DNA of 64,000 bases. Source: Candidatus Kaiserbacteria bacterium. Lineage in GTDB: Bacteria > Patescibacteriota > Minisyncoccia > Phycocordibacterales > Phycocordibacteraceae. The stretch spans positions 340,562-404,561 of the forward strand of contig OY969413.1 in NCBI GenBank assembly GCA_963699165.1, read 5' to 3'. Below the pieces are notes generated by a model, which saw only the letters and a list, made by a program, of their open reading frames with translations, searched no databases and was not told where the DNA came from. The stretch's first letter is position 1; the number at the start of each line of letters is the position of its first letter. Made by a program: the position numbers and the translations under genes. Below, one piece after another: positions 8,980-18,643 of the stretch.

Positions 8980-11031
8980 CTACGAACCCGAAAGCGCTTT
9001 GCGTTTTCGGCCTTTCTTTTTCGGACCGTTGCCTTCCAATTTGTAGAGCTCGTCGCGAATGAGCGCAGCCGTCTCGAAATCAAGCTTTTCAACTGCATCG
9101 GCCATTTCATCGCGCTTCCGGTCGATGAATGCCTGCGGATCGTCTTTGTACGCAATTGTATCGAGAGCCAGAAGTTCATCAATGGTACGCTCGTGCTCCG
9201 TGCGCATCGACGCGGCGATGTCGTGAATTTCTTTTTTTATGGTCATCGGCGTAATGCCGTGTTTCTCGTTGTAGGCGAGTTGAATGGAGCGGCGTCGATT
9301 GGTCTCGCCGATGGCGCGGTCAAGCGAACCGGTCATCGTGTCTGCATACAGAATGACGCGGCCGAGCACGTTGCGCGCCGCACGGCCAATCGTTTGAATG
9401 AGCGACGTTTCGCTCCGCAGGAATCCCTCTTTATCGGCATCGAGAATCCCAACGAGTTCCACCTCCGGCAAGTCGAGTCCTTCGCGCAAAAGGTTGACGC
9501 CGACAAGCAAATCAAACTCGCCCTTGCGAAAATTGGTCAGAATATCGATGCGGTCGATGGTCTTCACATCGGAATGCAAATATTCCGCCTTGATACCACG
9601 GTCGCGCAAAAATGACGCAAGGTCCTCCGCCATTTTTTTTGTGAGCGTCGTTGCAAGCGCGCGTCCTCCGCGTTTGATCACCAATTCCGCCTCGTTAATA
9701 AAGTCGGCGATTTGCCCCGGATACTGTCCCGTATCGCTCACGCCGCGAACCGTGAGTTCCGGATCAATGAGGCCGGTCGGACGGATGATTTGCTCGACAA
9801 CCTGCTCGGAGTGCTCGCGCTCATACGGCCCCGGCGTCGCGCTCGTGTACAGCACTTGTCCGATTCGCTGTTCAAATTCCTCAAACCGAAGCGGCCGGTT
9901 GTCGCGGGCAGACGGCAGGCGAAACCCGTACTCAACCAGCACATCCTTGCGTGATTTGTCGCCCGCATACATGCCGCCAATCTGCGGGACCGTTACGTGC
10001 GATTCGTCGATGACGGTGAGAAAATCCGCCGAACCGTCTTTTTTATGCGGGAAATACGAGAGCAAGGTATACGGCGGCTCTCCCGGTTTTCGCCCGTCGA
10101 AATGCCGAGAATAATTTTCAATGCCGTTCGTATATCCGAGCTCGCGAATGAGCGCAATGTCGTGCTGGGTGCGGCGCTTCAATCGCTCGTATTCAAGCGG
10201 CTTTTCTTCGCGCTTGAATTTCGCAAGCTGTTCTTCGAGCTCGAGCTTAATGTCTTCAATGGCGCGGTTGCGCTCTTCCTCGCTCGTGATGAAGTGTTTT
10301 GCCGGAAAAACGAAAACCGAGTTTGGCTCCGCAAGCCGTGCGCGAGACACCGGATCAAGCTGTTCAACGGCCGAAACGATTTCTCCTTCGAACACGATGC
10401 GGTAAATCGCGCGTTCGTTCACGGGCATGAATTCAAGCGAGTTTCCGATGGCTCGCAATTGCCCCGGATTCAAATCCGCCGTGGTGCGTTCAAAATAAAT
10501 ATGCACGAGCTTGCGAATGAGCGCCGCTCTGTCTTCCGTAGCTCCCTTCTCGATTTTTACGTGCACTTTTTCGTATTCTTCCGGCGAACCGAGGCCGTAA
10601 ATAGCCGAAACCGATGCGACGATGATGACATCTTTTCTCGTGAGCAATGCTTGCGTCGCCGCGTGGCGCAAGCGGTCGATTTCGGCGTTAATCATTGCCT
10701 CCTTTTCAATGTAGGTATCCGAATGCGCGATGTACGCCTCCGGCTGATAATAGTCGTAATACGAAACGAAGTAATGCACGGCGTTCTCGGGGAAAAATTC
10801 TCGGTACTCCTGCGCAAGCTGGGCCGCAAGCGTTTTGTTGTGCGCGAGAACGAGCGTCGGCTTGTCATAGTTCGCGATGACATTTGCAACGGTAAATGTC
10901 TTTCCGCTTCCCGTCACGCCGAAAAGCGTCTGGTGATGCAGTCCATCCTTCAATCCGCTTGAAAGCTCCGCAATGGCGGTCGGCTGATCGCCCGCAGGCG
11001 CCCACGGCGTATGCAGTTTAAAGTTAGCCAT
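8980..11031 (-). CDS. uvrB: Excinuclease ABC subunit B.
   Basis: GVTGSGKTFT Walker A, helicase motifs, YVSYYDYYQPEAY beta-hairpin region, C-terminal UvrB/UvrC interaction domain. Confidence 0.9.
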   Translation of the reverse strand: MANFKLHTPWAPAGDQPTAIAELSSGLKDGLHHQTLFGVTGSGKTFTVANVIANYDKPTLVLAHNKTLAAQLAQEYREFFPENAVHYFVSYYDYYQPEAYIAHSDTYIEKEAMINAEIDRLRHAATQALLTRKDVIIVASVSAIYGLGSPEEYEKVHVKIEKGATEDRAALIRKLVHIYFERTTADLNPGQLRAIGNSLEFMPVNERAIYRIVFEGEIVSAVEQLDPVSRARLAEPNSVFVFPAKHFITSEEERNRAIEDIKLELEEQLAKFKREEKPLEYERLKRRTQHDIALIRELGYTNGIENYSRHFDGRKPGEPPYTLLSYFPHKKDGSADFLTVIDESHVTVPQIGGMYAGDKSRKDVLVEYGFRLPSARDNRPLRFEEFEQRIGQVLYTSATPGPYEREHSEQVVEQIIRPTGLIDPELTVRGVSDTGQYPGQIADFINEAELVIKRGGRALATTLTKKMAEDLASFLRDRGIKAEYLHSDVKTIDRIDILTNFRKGEFDLLVGVNLLREGLDLPEVELVGILDADKEGFLRSETSLIQTIGRAARNVLGRVILYADTMTGSLDRAIGETNRRRSIQLAYNEKHGITPMTIKKEIHDIAASMRTEHERTIDELLALDTIAYKDDPQAFIDRKRDEMADAVEKLDFETAALIRDELYKLEGNGPKKKGRKRKALSGS

Positions 11032-12244
11032 GATAGTAGTTTCTCACAAAGTCTGCACGATACTCGTCGAATGTGCCATTAAGAAGCGCTTCGCGCGCAC
11101 CGGTGACAAGCTTCAAAATGAAACCGACATTATGCGTCGACGCGATAATCGAGCCGAGCATTTCGCCGGAGCGCACCAGATGCGACACGTACGCACGCGT
11201 AAACGGCTCAGTTCCTTGCACGACGCACTCCGCATCGAGCGGCGAGTAGTCGTCGCGAAACTGGCCGTTTCTCAAATGAAGAATACCCCGCTTCGTATAG
11301 ATTGAACCATGCCGCCCGATGCGCGTCGCCGCAACGCAATCGAAAAGGTCCATGCCGTTTGCAATGCCCTCAAGAATGTCTCCCGGCTCGCCGATGCCGA
11401 GAAAGTGTCGCGGCAATTCTTCAGGCAATGCATCGACCGCGGCGGAAAGCGCGCCGCGCATGTCTTCTTTTGAAAACGACCCGCCGATGCCGATACCATC
11501 GAAACCGAGCGACGCGATTTCTTTTGCGGATTCTCTGCGCAAGTCCTCGTGGCGCCCTCCCTGCACAATGCCGAAGATGGATTGTTTGTTTGCCGCGTCG
11601 AGATTTTGGCGATGCGCTTTGAGCGAACGGGCCGCCCACCGGTGCGTGCGGTCCATTGCTTCTTTTTGATATGCATAGGGCTCCGTCGGCGATGTGCATT
11701 CGTCAAATGCAAAGAAGATATCCGCTCCGAGCGCATGTTGGATTTCGACGGAGCGTTCCGGCGTGAAGCGATGAAGCGTGCCGTCGAGATGCGATGTGAA
11801 AGAAACGCCTTCGTCGTCGATGACGGCAAGCTGTCCGTGCTGGCTCGCGACGTCGGCATCGTACACTGCGACCGCTTCTTCCTGCGGCGCATCTTCTTTC
11901 GTAAACTTTGAAATCGTTTTTCCGAATGCGGCGCCAAGTGAAAATACTTGAAAACCGCCGGAATCGGTCATCGTCGGACCATCCCAGCCCATAAATTTTC
12001 CAAGACCGCCCGCATCTTTAACGATTTTCTCGCCGGGCTGCAGGTACAGATGGTACGTGTTTGCAAGCACGACTTCGGAGCCGAGCGCGCGAAGCGCGCT
12101 CGGCAAAATGCCCTTCACATTGGCTTTTGTGCCGACGGGAACAAACGCCGGCGTATTGATGATGCCGTGCGGCGTTGTTAGCACGCCGGCGCGGGCGCGG
12201 CCCTGCGGCGCCCGCTTTTGAATTTCAAATATTGTTGCACTCAT
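11024..12244 (-). CDS. tgt: Queuine tRNA-ribosyltransferase (tRNA-guanine transglycosylase).
   Basis: TPHGIINTPAFVPVGT and LANTYHL motifs. Start trimmed to MSATIFEIQKRAPQG; the ORF extends upstream to 12445 over the neighbouring gene. Confidence 0.85.
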   Translation of the reverse strand: MSATIFEIQKRAPQGRARAGVLTTPHGIINTPAFVPVGTKANVKGILPSALRALGSEVVLANTYHLYLQPGEKIVKDAGGLGKFMGWDGPTMTDSGGFQVFSLGAAFGKTISKFTKEDAPQEEAVAVYDADVASQHGQLAVIDDEGVSFTSHLDGTLHRFTPERSVEIQHALGADIFFAFDECTSPTEPYAYQKEAMDRTHRWAARSLKAHRQNLDAANKQSIFGIVQGGRHEDLRRESAKEIASLGFDGIGIGGSFSKEDMRGALSAAVDALPEELPRHFLGIGEPGDILEGIANGMDLFDCVAATRIGRHGSIYTKRGILHLRNGQFRDDYSPLDAECVVQGTEPFTRAYVSHLVRSGEMLGSIIASTHNVGFILKLVTGAREALLNGTFDEYRADFVRNYYHG

Positions 12245-12341
12245 AATATATATGTACCCTAACGCATCGGCACTCGATGAACAAATGCCAAAACGAAAGC
12301 GCGCGCCTTCGGTGCGCGCTTTCCGTTCGGTGTGAATCAGT

Positions 12342-12971
12342 TTAGTGATTCGTATATGGCGTATTCTTCTGGATTTTAACGACTTCGACTTCGAAAACAA
12401 GCGTGGCATTCGGCGGAATAACACCGCCGGCGCCTGCTGCCCCATATCCGAGTGATGGGGGTATTACCAGTTTTCGCTTGCCGCCGACTTTCATGCCGAC
12501 AACCCCCTCATCCCAGCCCGCAATTACTTGGTGCGCGCCGAGCGGGAACGTGAATCCTTGTGAACCGTGATTTGCCGATGCGTCGAACACCGTGCCGTTG
12601 GTGAGCGAACCGACGTACTGCACCGTAACGGTATCGCCCGCCGCAGCAGCCGGACCCTGACCGACTGACTCGTCCGTTATCTGAAGCCCGTCTGCAGTTG
12701 TAATCGTTTGACTTGCCGAGGAACCAGTTCCGTTTTCAGTAGGCATAGAGAGTTGTCCGGTTGATGATGAGACCTGAGTAATTTGCGAATCTCCCGCCGC
12801 GGCCGCCTGCGTGTTGTCCTGCGGCGTTGTCGTAGCCGTCGCCGCGGTTGATTTCCACGGCGACAGGCCGGGGAAGATAAAAATGACTGCTACCACGGCG
12901 ACCGCGAGAGCGGTTGCGATTCCCGTTTGCTTTGGATTCATTTTCGAATTATTTATTTCGTTATGCGCCAT
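12342..12971 (-). CDS. Membrane-anchored FKBP-type peptidyl-prolyl cis-trans isomerase.
   Basis: N-terminal TM helix, S/T-rich linker, C-terminal FKBP domain (VTVQYVGSLTNGTVFDAS...FPLGAHQVIAGWDEGVVGMKVGGKRKLVIPP). Confidence 0.8.
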   Translation of the reverse strand: MAHNEINNSKMNPKQTGIATALAVAVVAVIFIFPGLSPWKSTAATATTTPQDNTQAAAAGDSQITQVSSSTGQLSMPTENGTGSSASQTITTADGLQITDESVGQGPAAAAGDTVTVQYVGSLTNGTVFDASANHGSQGFTFPLGAHQVIAGWDEGVVGMKVGGKRKLVIPPSLGYGAAGAGGVIPPNATLVFEVEVVKIQKNTPYTNH

Positions 12972-13093
12972 AGGATATCACAGGTTATTCTTGAATGGAT
13001 TCGATTAGTTCGCGCAGCTTGGTGCGCAATTCATCGGGGGTGCATTCCCCAAGCCCCGACTGCAGTTCCTCGGAGTACTCTTCGGACATACGT

Positions 13094-15865
13094 TTATCGC
13101 GCGAGATAGCGTTCTCGAATCATGTTCTCGATTGTAGCACGGTCGCGGCCATAGGTAACGGATGACAAGAGGATAAGGTCGTCTATTTGCTCGGGATTTC
13201 CCGGCGGCAAATCCGGTGTGCGAATATCAAACGGTTTTTGCGGCATGCCGCCGGACAGAATTTTAACGTATGCGTTCCTGTTTTCAATATTGACGAAATC
13301 GGCCGTTTCGAAGACGGGGGCGAACTGTTTTGCAAAAAATTCCGCATCCTCTTCACCGACGCGAAACACTGCCATGTTGCCGACGTTGCCGAAAACGGCA
13401 TTGCGCGTTTTTTCTTCGATTTGATTCAAGAATTGGTGCGCAACAGCGAGCGACAGTTTGTATTTTCGCGCTTCGGAAAGAATTCCCGGAATGGTATCGG
13501 TCGTGACGTTTTGAAATTCATCGATATACAGATAAAACGGCGGGAACTGCGCGCGCGGATTGTCGGCGCGCGAAAGCGCAGCCATGAAAAGTTTGCCGAC
13601 GACAATGAGACCGAGTAGGTTTGCATTCCTTTCGCCGAGACGGCCTTTCGAAAGATTGATAAGCAAAATCTTTTTCGTATCCATCACTTCGCGAAATTTG
13701 AACGAAGATTCCTGTTGGCCCACAATCGGGCGAATGAAATCGTTCGCCGTAAAATCATCGAATTTGTTCGTGATATACGGCACAATGTTTTCGAGCGCGG
13801 CATCACCGCCCGCTTTTGTCGCTATCTCGGTCCAGAACTGGTTCACAATCGGATTCATGCTCTTTGCCAGCTTTTGTCTGCGGAATTCGCTGTTTGAAAG
13901 CACCCGCGCAATGTCGAGCATCGTTGAACCGCTCGACGGGTCTTCCATAACTAGCAACGTCGCATTTCTAAAATATTGTTCGAACGCCGGGCCCATGCTC
14001 TCCGGCACGTCGCCGTAGAGGCGATGGAAAATCGCGAGCAGCTCATTCACGATAAATGTTTTTTGTTCCGGGTGCGACAAATCGTACTCGAGGAAATTGA
14101 GACCGAGCGGCCGCGTGAGGTCGGCCGGGTCGAAATAAATCACATCGTTGTATCGCTCCGGTGGAACCGCCGCCAAAATGTCCAAAATATCCGAGCCGTG
14201 CGGATCGATAAAGCAACAGCCCTCGCCGTTTTGAATATCCTGAATAATCATCGACTTCATAAGTCCGGTTTTGCCGGTGCCGGTTTGACCGATGATATAG
14301 AGATGCCGCAGACGGTCTTCCGGATCGAGCCGCACTGACGTCTCCTCGCCGCGGTAGGTGTTTATGCCGAGCAGCGCGCCGGTTTGCGGAAGGGTCAGTG
14401 GCGCGGGCGCATGAGTAAAGCGCGCCTGCTTCAGGTGCGGCGACGAACCGATGCCGGACGGCGGGAAATGATACATCGTCGTCAATTCGCGAAGCGACAG
14501 CGGCAATTCGGAAGAATCCGGCAATCGAAAAGAAAATTGATCGAGGGCCTGCGCCGCGTCTCTGCCGCCCTGCCGCTTGAACTCGAGGCGGTTGCCCTGC
14601 GTATTCGTAAACTGATTGAATGCAGCTTCGAGCTCGCCGAGTATTTGTCCGGCCGCATGTTCGTTTTTTGATGACGCCACGAGCCGAACCGTTACACCGA
14701 CGATGGGCGCCGCCATCTTTTTCTCGACTTGCTCGATGTATGTTTTGTTTTCTTCGATTTGCCGCGTCTCCGCTTCCTTTGCCTTCTGCTCGTCTTTCGG
14801 CTTGCTCGAGAAAAATGTCTTGCCCACTTCAAGCGCGAGTTCGCCAATCAGGGTCTCGGGCGTGTTAAAGGCGGTTGAACGTTTCTCGCCTTTTCGAAGC
14901 GCCTGCAAAATTTTCCGATAATGCTTTACATGCCGGTCGCCGCGCGGCTCGATGATGAACTGCAGCGCCGCGCCTTCACCGACGTGCTGTATTTTTGCGA
15001 ACGCATTCGTAATCGCGTTCAGCGGGTCATAATCAAACTCGGTGTAGTCGGTGAGCGGAAGCGCCGGATTCGCGGCAAGATGCGCGACCGAGGCGAGCGC
15101 CGCGCCGCCCGGAGCGAAAATATTGTAATCGTACGGCTGCACCACGATGTGCGCATCCGGAAAAATAGCGAGCAGCTGTTTCTCGAAAAGATTGCGCTTC
15201 CCGTTCGGAACCGCGGCATAGAAACGAAGCTCCGGACTGTCGGCCGGCACGGCAAGCTCGACCGCGTAATAGTTCGGCTCGCCGGGGGTAGCGTCTTCGA
15301 CGGACATGAGGCCCGCATAAAACTGTTCCATGCCGGAAATGAGTTCTTTGAGTGTTTTTACGCGCGCATTTTGCTCGACGCCTTTCGGCGCGGGGAGCGC
15401 AATTTCGTACAGAGTCATTTTAAGCGCCTTAAAATGCGGCGCCTTCTCATCCACGCCCGGCACAAACAATCCGGTCGCAACATAGCGGACGAGATAGCGG
15501 TGAAAATCGTCGCCAAGCCGCGGATTGCGCAGCTTGTCCAATACCGCGAGCGCATTTTTGATTCCTTTTTCCTCCATCGTCTCCTGCAAACTTTTAATCG
15601 CGCTCTCATTGTCGCCAAGATTAAGTTGCCCCATGATTTCTTCGGCAGCCGCATTTATTTCATTTTTGTCGGAACGATACCCGTCCGACAAAATCGCTTC
15701 CGGCGCGGCGTGATGCTCGTGAATTTGCTCCGACACGATGCGCGTGCGCTCAAGCGCGCCGGGCGCTCGTCCGGTCTGCGCGATTTCCGCTTCTTTGCGC
15801 ATCACCTGCGAACGCAAATACGCGAGCTCCTCTTCGGGCGTAGACAACTTCGGGGACGATTCCAT
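13094..15865 (-). CDS. Large P-loop ATPase of the TraD/TraG/VirD4 coupling-protein type (or HerA-like), with a ~480-aa N-terminal domain of unknown function.
   Basis: Walker A HLYIIGQTGTGKTGLMKS, FIDPHGS, Walker B LYIDEFQNV, C-terminal TraG-D_C-like region. No TM helices detected. Confidence 0.55.
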   Translation of the reverse strand: MESSPKLSTPEEELAYLRSQVMRKEAEIAQTGRAPGALERTRIVSEQIHEHHAAPEAILSDGYRSDKNEINAAAEEIMGQLNLGDNESAIKSLQETMEEKGIKNALAVLDKLRNPRLGDDFHRYLVRYVATGLFVPGVDEKAPHFKALKMTLYEIALPAPKGVEQNARVKTLKELISGMEQFYAGLMSVEDATPGEPNYYAVELAVPADSPELRFYAAVPNGKRNLFEKQLLAIFPDAHIVVQPYDYNIFAPGGAALASVAHLAANPALPLTDYTEFDYDPLNAITNAFAKIQHVGEGAALQFIIEPRGDRHVKHYRKILQALRKGEKRSTAFNTPETLIGELALEVGKTFFSSKPKDEQKAKEAETRQIEENKTYIEQVEKKMAAPIVGVTVRLVASSKNEHAAGQILGELEAAFNQFTNTQGNRLEFKRQGGRDAAQALDQFSFRLPDSSELPLSLRELTTMYHFPPSGIGSSPHLKQARFTHAPAPLTLPQTGALLGINTYRGEETSVRLDPEDRLRHLYIIGQTGTGKTGLMKSMIIQDIQNGEGCCFIDPHGSDILDILAAVPPERYNDVIYFDPADLTRPLGLNFLEYDLSHPEQKTFIVNELLAIFHRLYGDVPESMGPAFEQYFRNATLLVMEDPSSGSTMLDIARVLSNSEFRRQKLAKSMNPIVNQFWTEIATKAGGDAALENIVPYITNKFDDFTANDFIRPIVGQQESSFKFREVMDTKKILLINLSKGRLGERNANLLGLIVVGKLFMAALSRADNPRAQFPPFYLYIDEFQNVTTDTIPGILSEARKYKLSLAVAHQFLNQIEEKTRNAVFGNVGNMAVFRVGEEDAEFFAKQFAPVFETADFVNIENRNAYVKILSGGMPQKPFDIRTPDLPPGNPEQIDDLILLSSVTYGRDRATIENMIRERYLAR

Positions 15866-15888
15866 TCCATCTAGTATACTGCACGAAC

Positions 15889-16506
15889 ATGCTTCAATTT
15901 TTGCTTGCCTGTATACATCTCGACCCGATGGCGATGATTGAGGCCGGCGGGTACCTCGGCATATCTTTTTTGGTCTTTGCGGAAAGCGGACTTTTTTTCG
16001 GGGTCGTGCTTCCGGGCGATTCGCTTCTGTTTACCGCCGGCCTTCTTGCCGCAACCGGAATTCTTTCGGTCGTGCCGCTGATTATATGCGTTGTCGTGTC
16101 CGCCATCGTTGGCGATTCGACCGGATACTGGTTCGGCGCAAAGGCCGGCGGCAATCTTTTCAAACGCGAGGACTCGCGTTTTTTTAAACGTCAATATCTC
16201 ACGCGAACGCAACGCTTTTTTGAAACCCACGGCGGCCGCGCCGTCGTCCTTGCCCGCTTCGTTCCCGTCGTGCGCACTATTGCGCCGATTCTTGCAGGCG
16301 CAGGCCGCATGCGGTACCGACGATTCTTGCCCTATAACGTATTCGGCGGATTGCTCTGGGGCACGGGCATGATTTTATTCGGCTATTTTCTCGGCACGCT
16401 GATTCCGAACAGCGAAAAATACGTATTGCCGCTTTCGCTCGCCATCGTCTTTCTGTCCCTCCTTCCACTCGGTCTGAATTTCATTCGGCGAAAACGCATG
16501 CCGTAA
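15889..16506 (+). CDS. DedA/SNARE-associated family membrane protein.
   Basis: Typical DedA pattern (FAESGLFFGVVLPGDSLLFTAG...ARFVPVVRTIAPILAG). Confidence 0.8.
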   Translation: MLQFLLACIHLDPMAMIEAGGYLGISFLVFAESGLFFGVVLPGDSLLFTAGLLAATGILSVVPLIICVVVSAIVGDSTGYWFGAKAGGNLFKREDSRFFKRQYLTRTQRFFETHGGRAVVLARFVPVVRTIAPILAGAGRMRYRRFLPYNVFGGLLWGTGMILFGYFLGTLIPNSEKYVLPLSLAIVFLSLLPLGLNFIRRKRMP

Positions 16507-16525
16507 TCGATTATACTTATCCCGT

Positions 16526-16819
16526 ATGCGGCATTTATACAACACCGGTTTCAGCAAGAATCACGATATGCTTCTGCCGCAATTGCAGATGCGGGGAAAC
16601 AAACTGTTCGGAACGGTCAATCACCCGGCGTACGGCACGCCGAAAAGTTCGCTCGCAATGCCCTGGTTCGAAATCAAGGGCGATAAGATTTTCACAACGC
16701 GGCACAACCCCCAAGGACACGATTTGCATCCGTGGTACGAAATACGCGGCAACGACGTGTATCAAACTATCAATCATCCGGACGGCTTGAGCCACATGCC
16801 GACATTCCGGATTAAATAA
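16526..16819 (+). CDS. Small protein with three ~25-aa tandem internal repeats.
   Basis: Repeats (R/K)G(N/D)xΦ(F/Y)xTxNHPxG...P(W/T)(F/Y)EI(R/K). No known family recognised. Confidence 0.4.
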   Translation: MRHLYNTGFSKNHDMLLPQLQMRGNKLFGTVNHPAYGTPKSSLAMPWFEIKGDKIFTTRHNPQGHDLHPWYEIRGNDVYQTINHPDGLSHMPTFRIK

Positions 16820-16851
16820 AAATATATCGTGTGTTGACCGATTAAAACCGT

Positions 16852-17196
16852 TCACGCGTGCTTCGGCTCGTCCCAAAAATCGAAAATCCAGTTGACGATG
16901 CCGAGCACCATGGAGAAAAGCAGTGCGGTCCAGAAATCGGAGACGAAAAACCCCGGTACGAGCAACGCCACGAGCATGACGAGCAGTGCATTCACGACAA
17001 GAGTAAAGAGGCCGAGTGTGAGAATGTTTATCGGGAGGGTAAGAACAAGAACTATCGGACGGATGAAGAGGTTGATTGCGCCGAACACGACTGCCGCGAT
17101 GAGTGCGCCGACAATAGTCACATGAATCCCCGGAACGAGATACGCGGCGATGCCGATTGCAACCGAAGCTAACAGCCAGTGAAGAAATATTTTCAT
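16852..17196 (-). CDS. Small 4-TM membrane protein (phage holin family 4 / YvlD-like fold).
   Basis: 114 aa, four hydrophobic helices, GxxxA-rich. Confidence 0.5.
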   Translation of the reverse strand: MKIFLHWLLASVAIGIAAYLVPGIHVTIVGALIAAVVFGAINLFIRPIVLVLTLPINILTLGLFTLVVNALLVMLVALLVPGFFVSDFWTALLFSMVLGIVNWIFDFWDEPKHA

Positions 17197-17227
17197 GCGA
17201 AAATTGTATCAGACGAATGCGAGCGGA

Positions 17228-17971
17228 TTAAGCGCCGCCCGCCGCGCGTACGATGGCGTACAAAAGCGCGGCACCGAAAAGCGTCATCGCGGTCGTCAGC
17301 GCGCGCGGATGGCGGTGATGGCTCTCCGGAATCAGGTCGCTCGCGGAAAGATAAAGAAATGTCCCGACAAACACGGAAAGAACAAGCCCGATGACGGAGT
17401 TTGGAATGCGGAAGAAAAGCGTGGACGCGGCGCCGCAAAGCGGCGCCGCTGCATCCACGAGCAACCACCGGCACGCACGCTTCCATCCGCCGCCGTTGCG
17501 CAAAATGAGATTGACCGTGTTGATGCCGTCTGAAAAATCATGCGTGAGTACGGCCGTCGTCACAATCATGCCAACTGCCGCAGACGCCTGAAAACCGATG
17601 CCAATGGCAATGCCGTCAAGAAAACTGTGCGCGGAAAGCGTCAGCGCGCCGAAAAATCCGCGCGGGACATTTTCGGAGTCGCCGTCTTCTTCGTGTGTGT
17701 GCAAAAGAATCAATCGGTCGAGGACGAGATAACCGAAAAAACCGAGCGCAATGAAAAGCGCGAGCGTATCGGGCGTATGATATGCGGTGCCGAGTTGAAT
17801 CGCTTCCGGCAGAAGATCAAACAGAGCGACGCCCGCAACGGCACCGGCCGAAAATCCGAGAATCAGATGCAGTTTGTCCCGGAATTTGAGCGCAAACGAC
17901 CCGCCCACAAAGGTCGAAACGGAAGCGGTAAAGGCGAGCAATAAGACGTTCATGCCGGAATAATACACCAC
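17228..17971 (-). CDS. ZIP-family metal (zinc) transporter.
   Basis: His-rich loop HEEDGDSE plus HSFLDGIAIGIGF signature. Confidence 0.8.
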   Translation of the reverse strand: MVYYSGMNVLLLAFTASVSTFVGGSFALKFRDKLHLILGFSAGAVAGVALFDLLPEAIQLGTAYHTPDTLALFIALGFFGYLVLDRLILLHTHEEDGDSENVPRGFFGALTLSAHSFLDGIAIGIGFQASAAVGMIVTTAVLTHDFSDGINTVNLILRNGGGWKRACRWLLVDAAAPLCGAASTLFFRIPNSVIGLVLSVFVGTFLYLSASDLIPESHHRHPRALTTAMTLFGAALLYAIVRAAGGA

Positions 17972-17987
17972 GAGCGCCGCAACGCGA

Positions 17988-18584
17988 CTAGAGCCATCCG
18001 AAAGCCGCTAGAATGTACAGAACGGCGAGCGTTGCAAGCACGGTGACGCCCCATGCGACCGCGGCGAGATGCGTCAGATCAGCAATACGGTCCTCGACAA
18101 CGCGCATTGAACGCCCGACCGTTACATATCCGACGCCGGTCGACGTATTGAAACGCACGAGTACGACCGCCTGCCGCACATCGGCGCGCGGTTGCCACGT
18201 TACGCGGGTTTCGGGTCCCGTCGGTGCGGAAAAATATTTTAGCGAACGCCACGAGTTCATATCGAACAGTCCCGCGGGAAGACGCGGCGGAGCGCCATCG
18301 AGAATTCCGGAGGATTCAAGCGGCGTGCCGGAAGAATCGTAAATCGCAGTCCACGAATCCAAGCTCGATGCAATGTCGATTGCCGGCGTTCCGGGCGCAA
18401 TCACATTTGCCGGCGTATAGTCGCGCGCAAGCGAAACAGCCGCATCCTCCGCGATTTGAATTTGCGGGTCGTTTAGCAACTGCCGATAGTTTTGCTGAAC
18501 GGCGAGATAAGAGAACCCGAAAATGCCCGTTATTGCGACAACAAACGGAACCCAGAGCACAAAGACCCGATGGAGATTTTTCAT
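17988..18584 (-). CDS. Hypothetical membrane-anchored exported protein.
   Basis: N-terminal TM anchor. No motif recognised. Confidence 0.4.
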   Translation of the reverse strand: MKNLHRVFVLWVPFVVAITGIFGFSYLAVQQNYRQLLNDPQIQIAEDAAVSLARDYTPANVIAPGTPAIDIASSLDSWTAIYDSSGTPLESSGILDGAPPRLPAGLFDMNSWRSLKYFSAPTGPETRVTWQPRADVRQAVVLVRFNTSTGVGYVTVGRSMRVVEDRIADLTHLAAVAWGVTVLATLAVLYILAAFGWL

Positions 18585-18643
18585 ATAGCAGTGATAACGC
18601 GCTACCTGCTCCGCAGGTAGCGCGTTATCACTGCTTGCAAAAA

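Noticed and set aside
9398-10962. Long antisense ORFs inside uvrB (9398-10114, 9997-10962) and inside clpB, topA, the VirD4-like ATPase and metK.
   Set aside because: High-GC coding regions give long spurious antisense frames. All are contained within confident genes.
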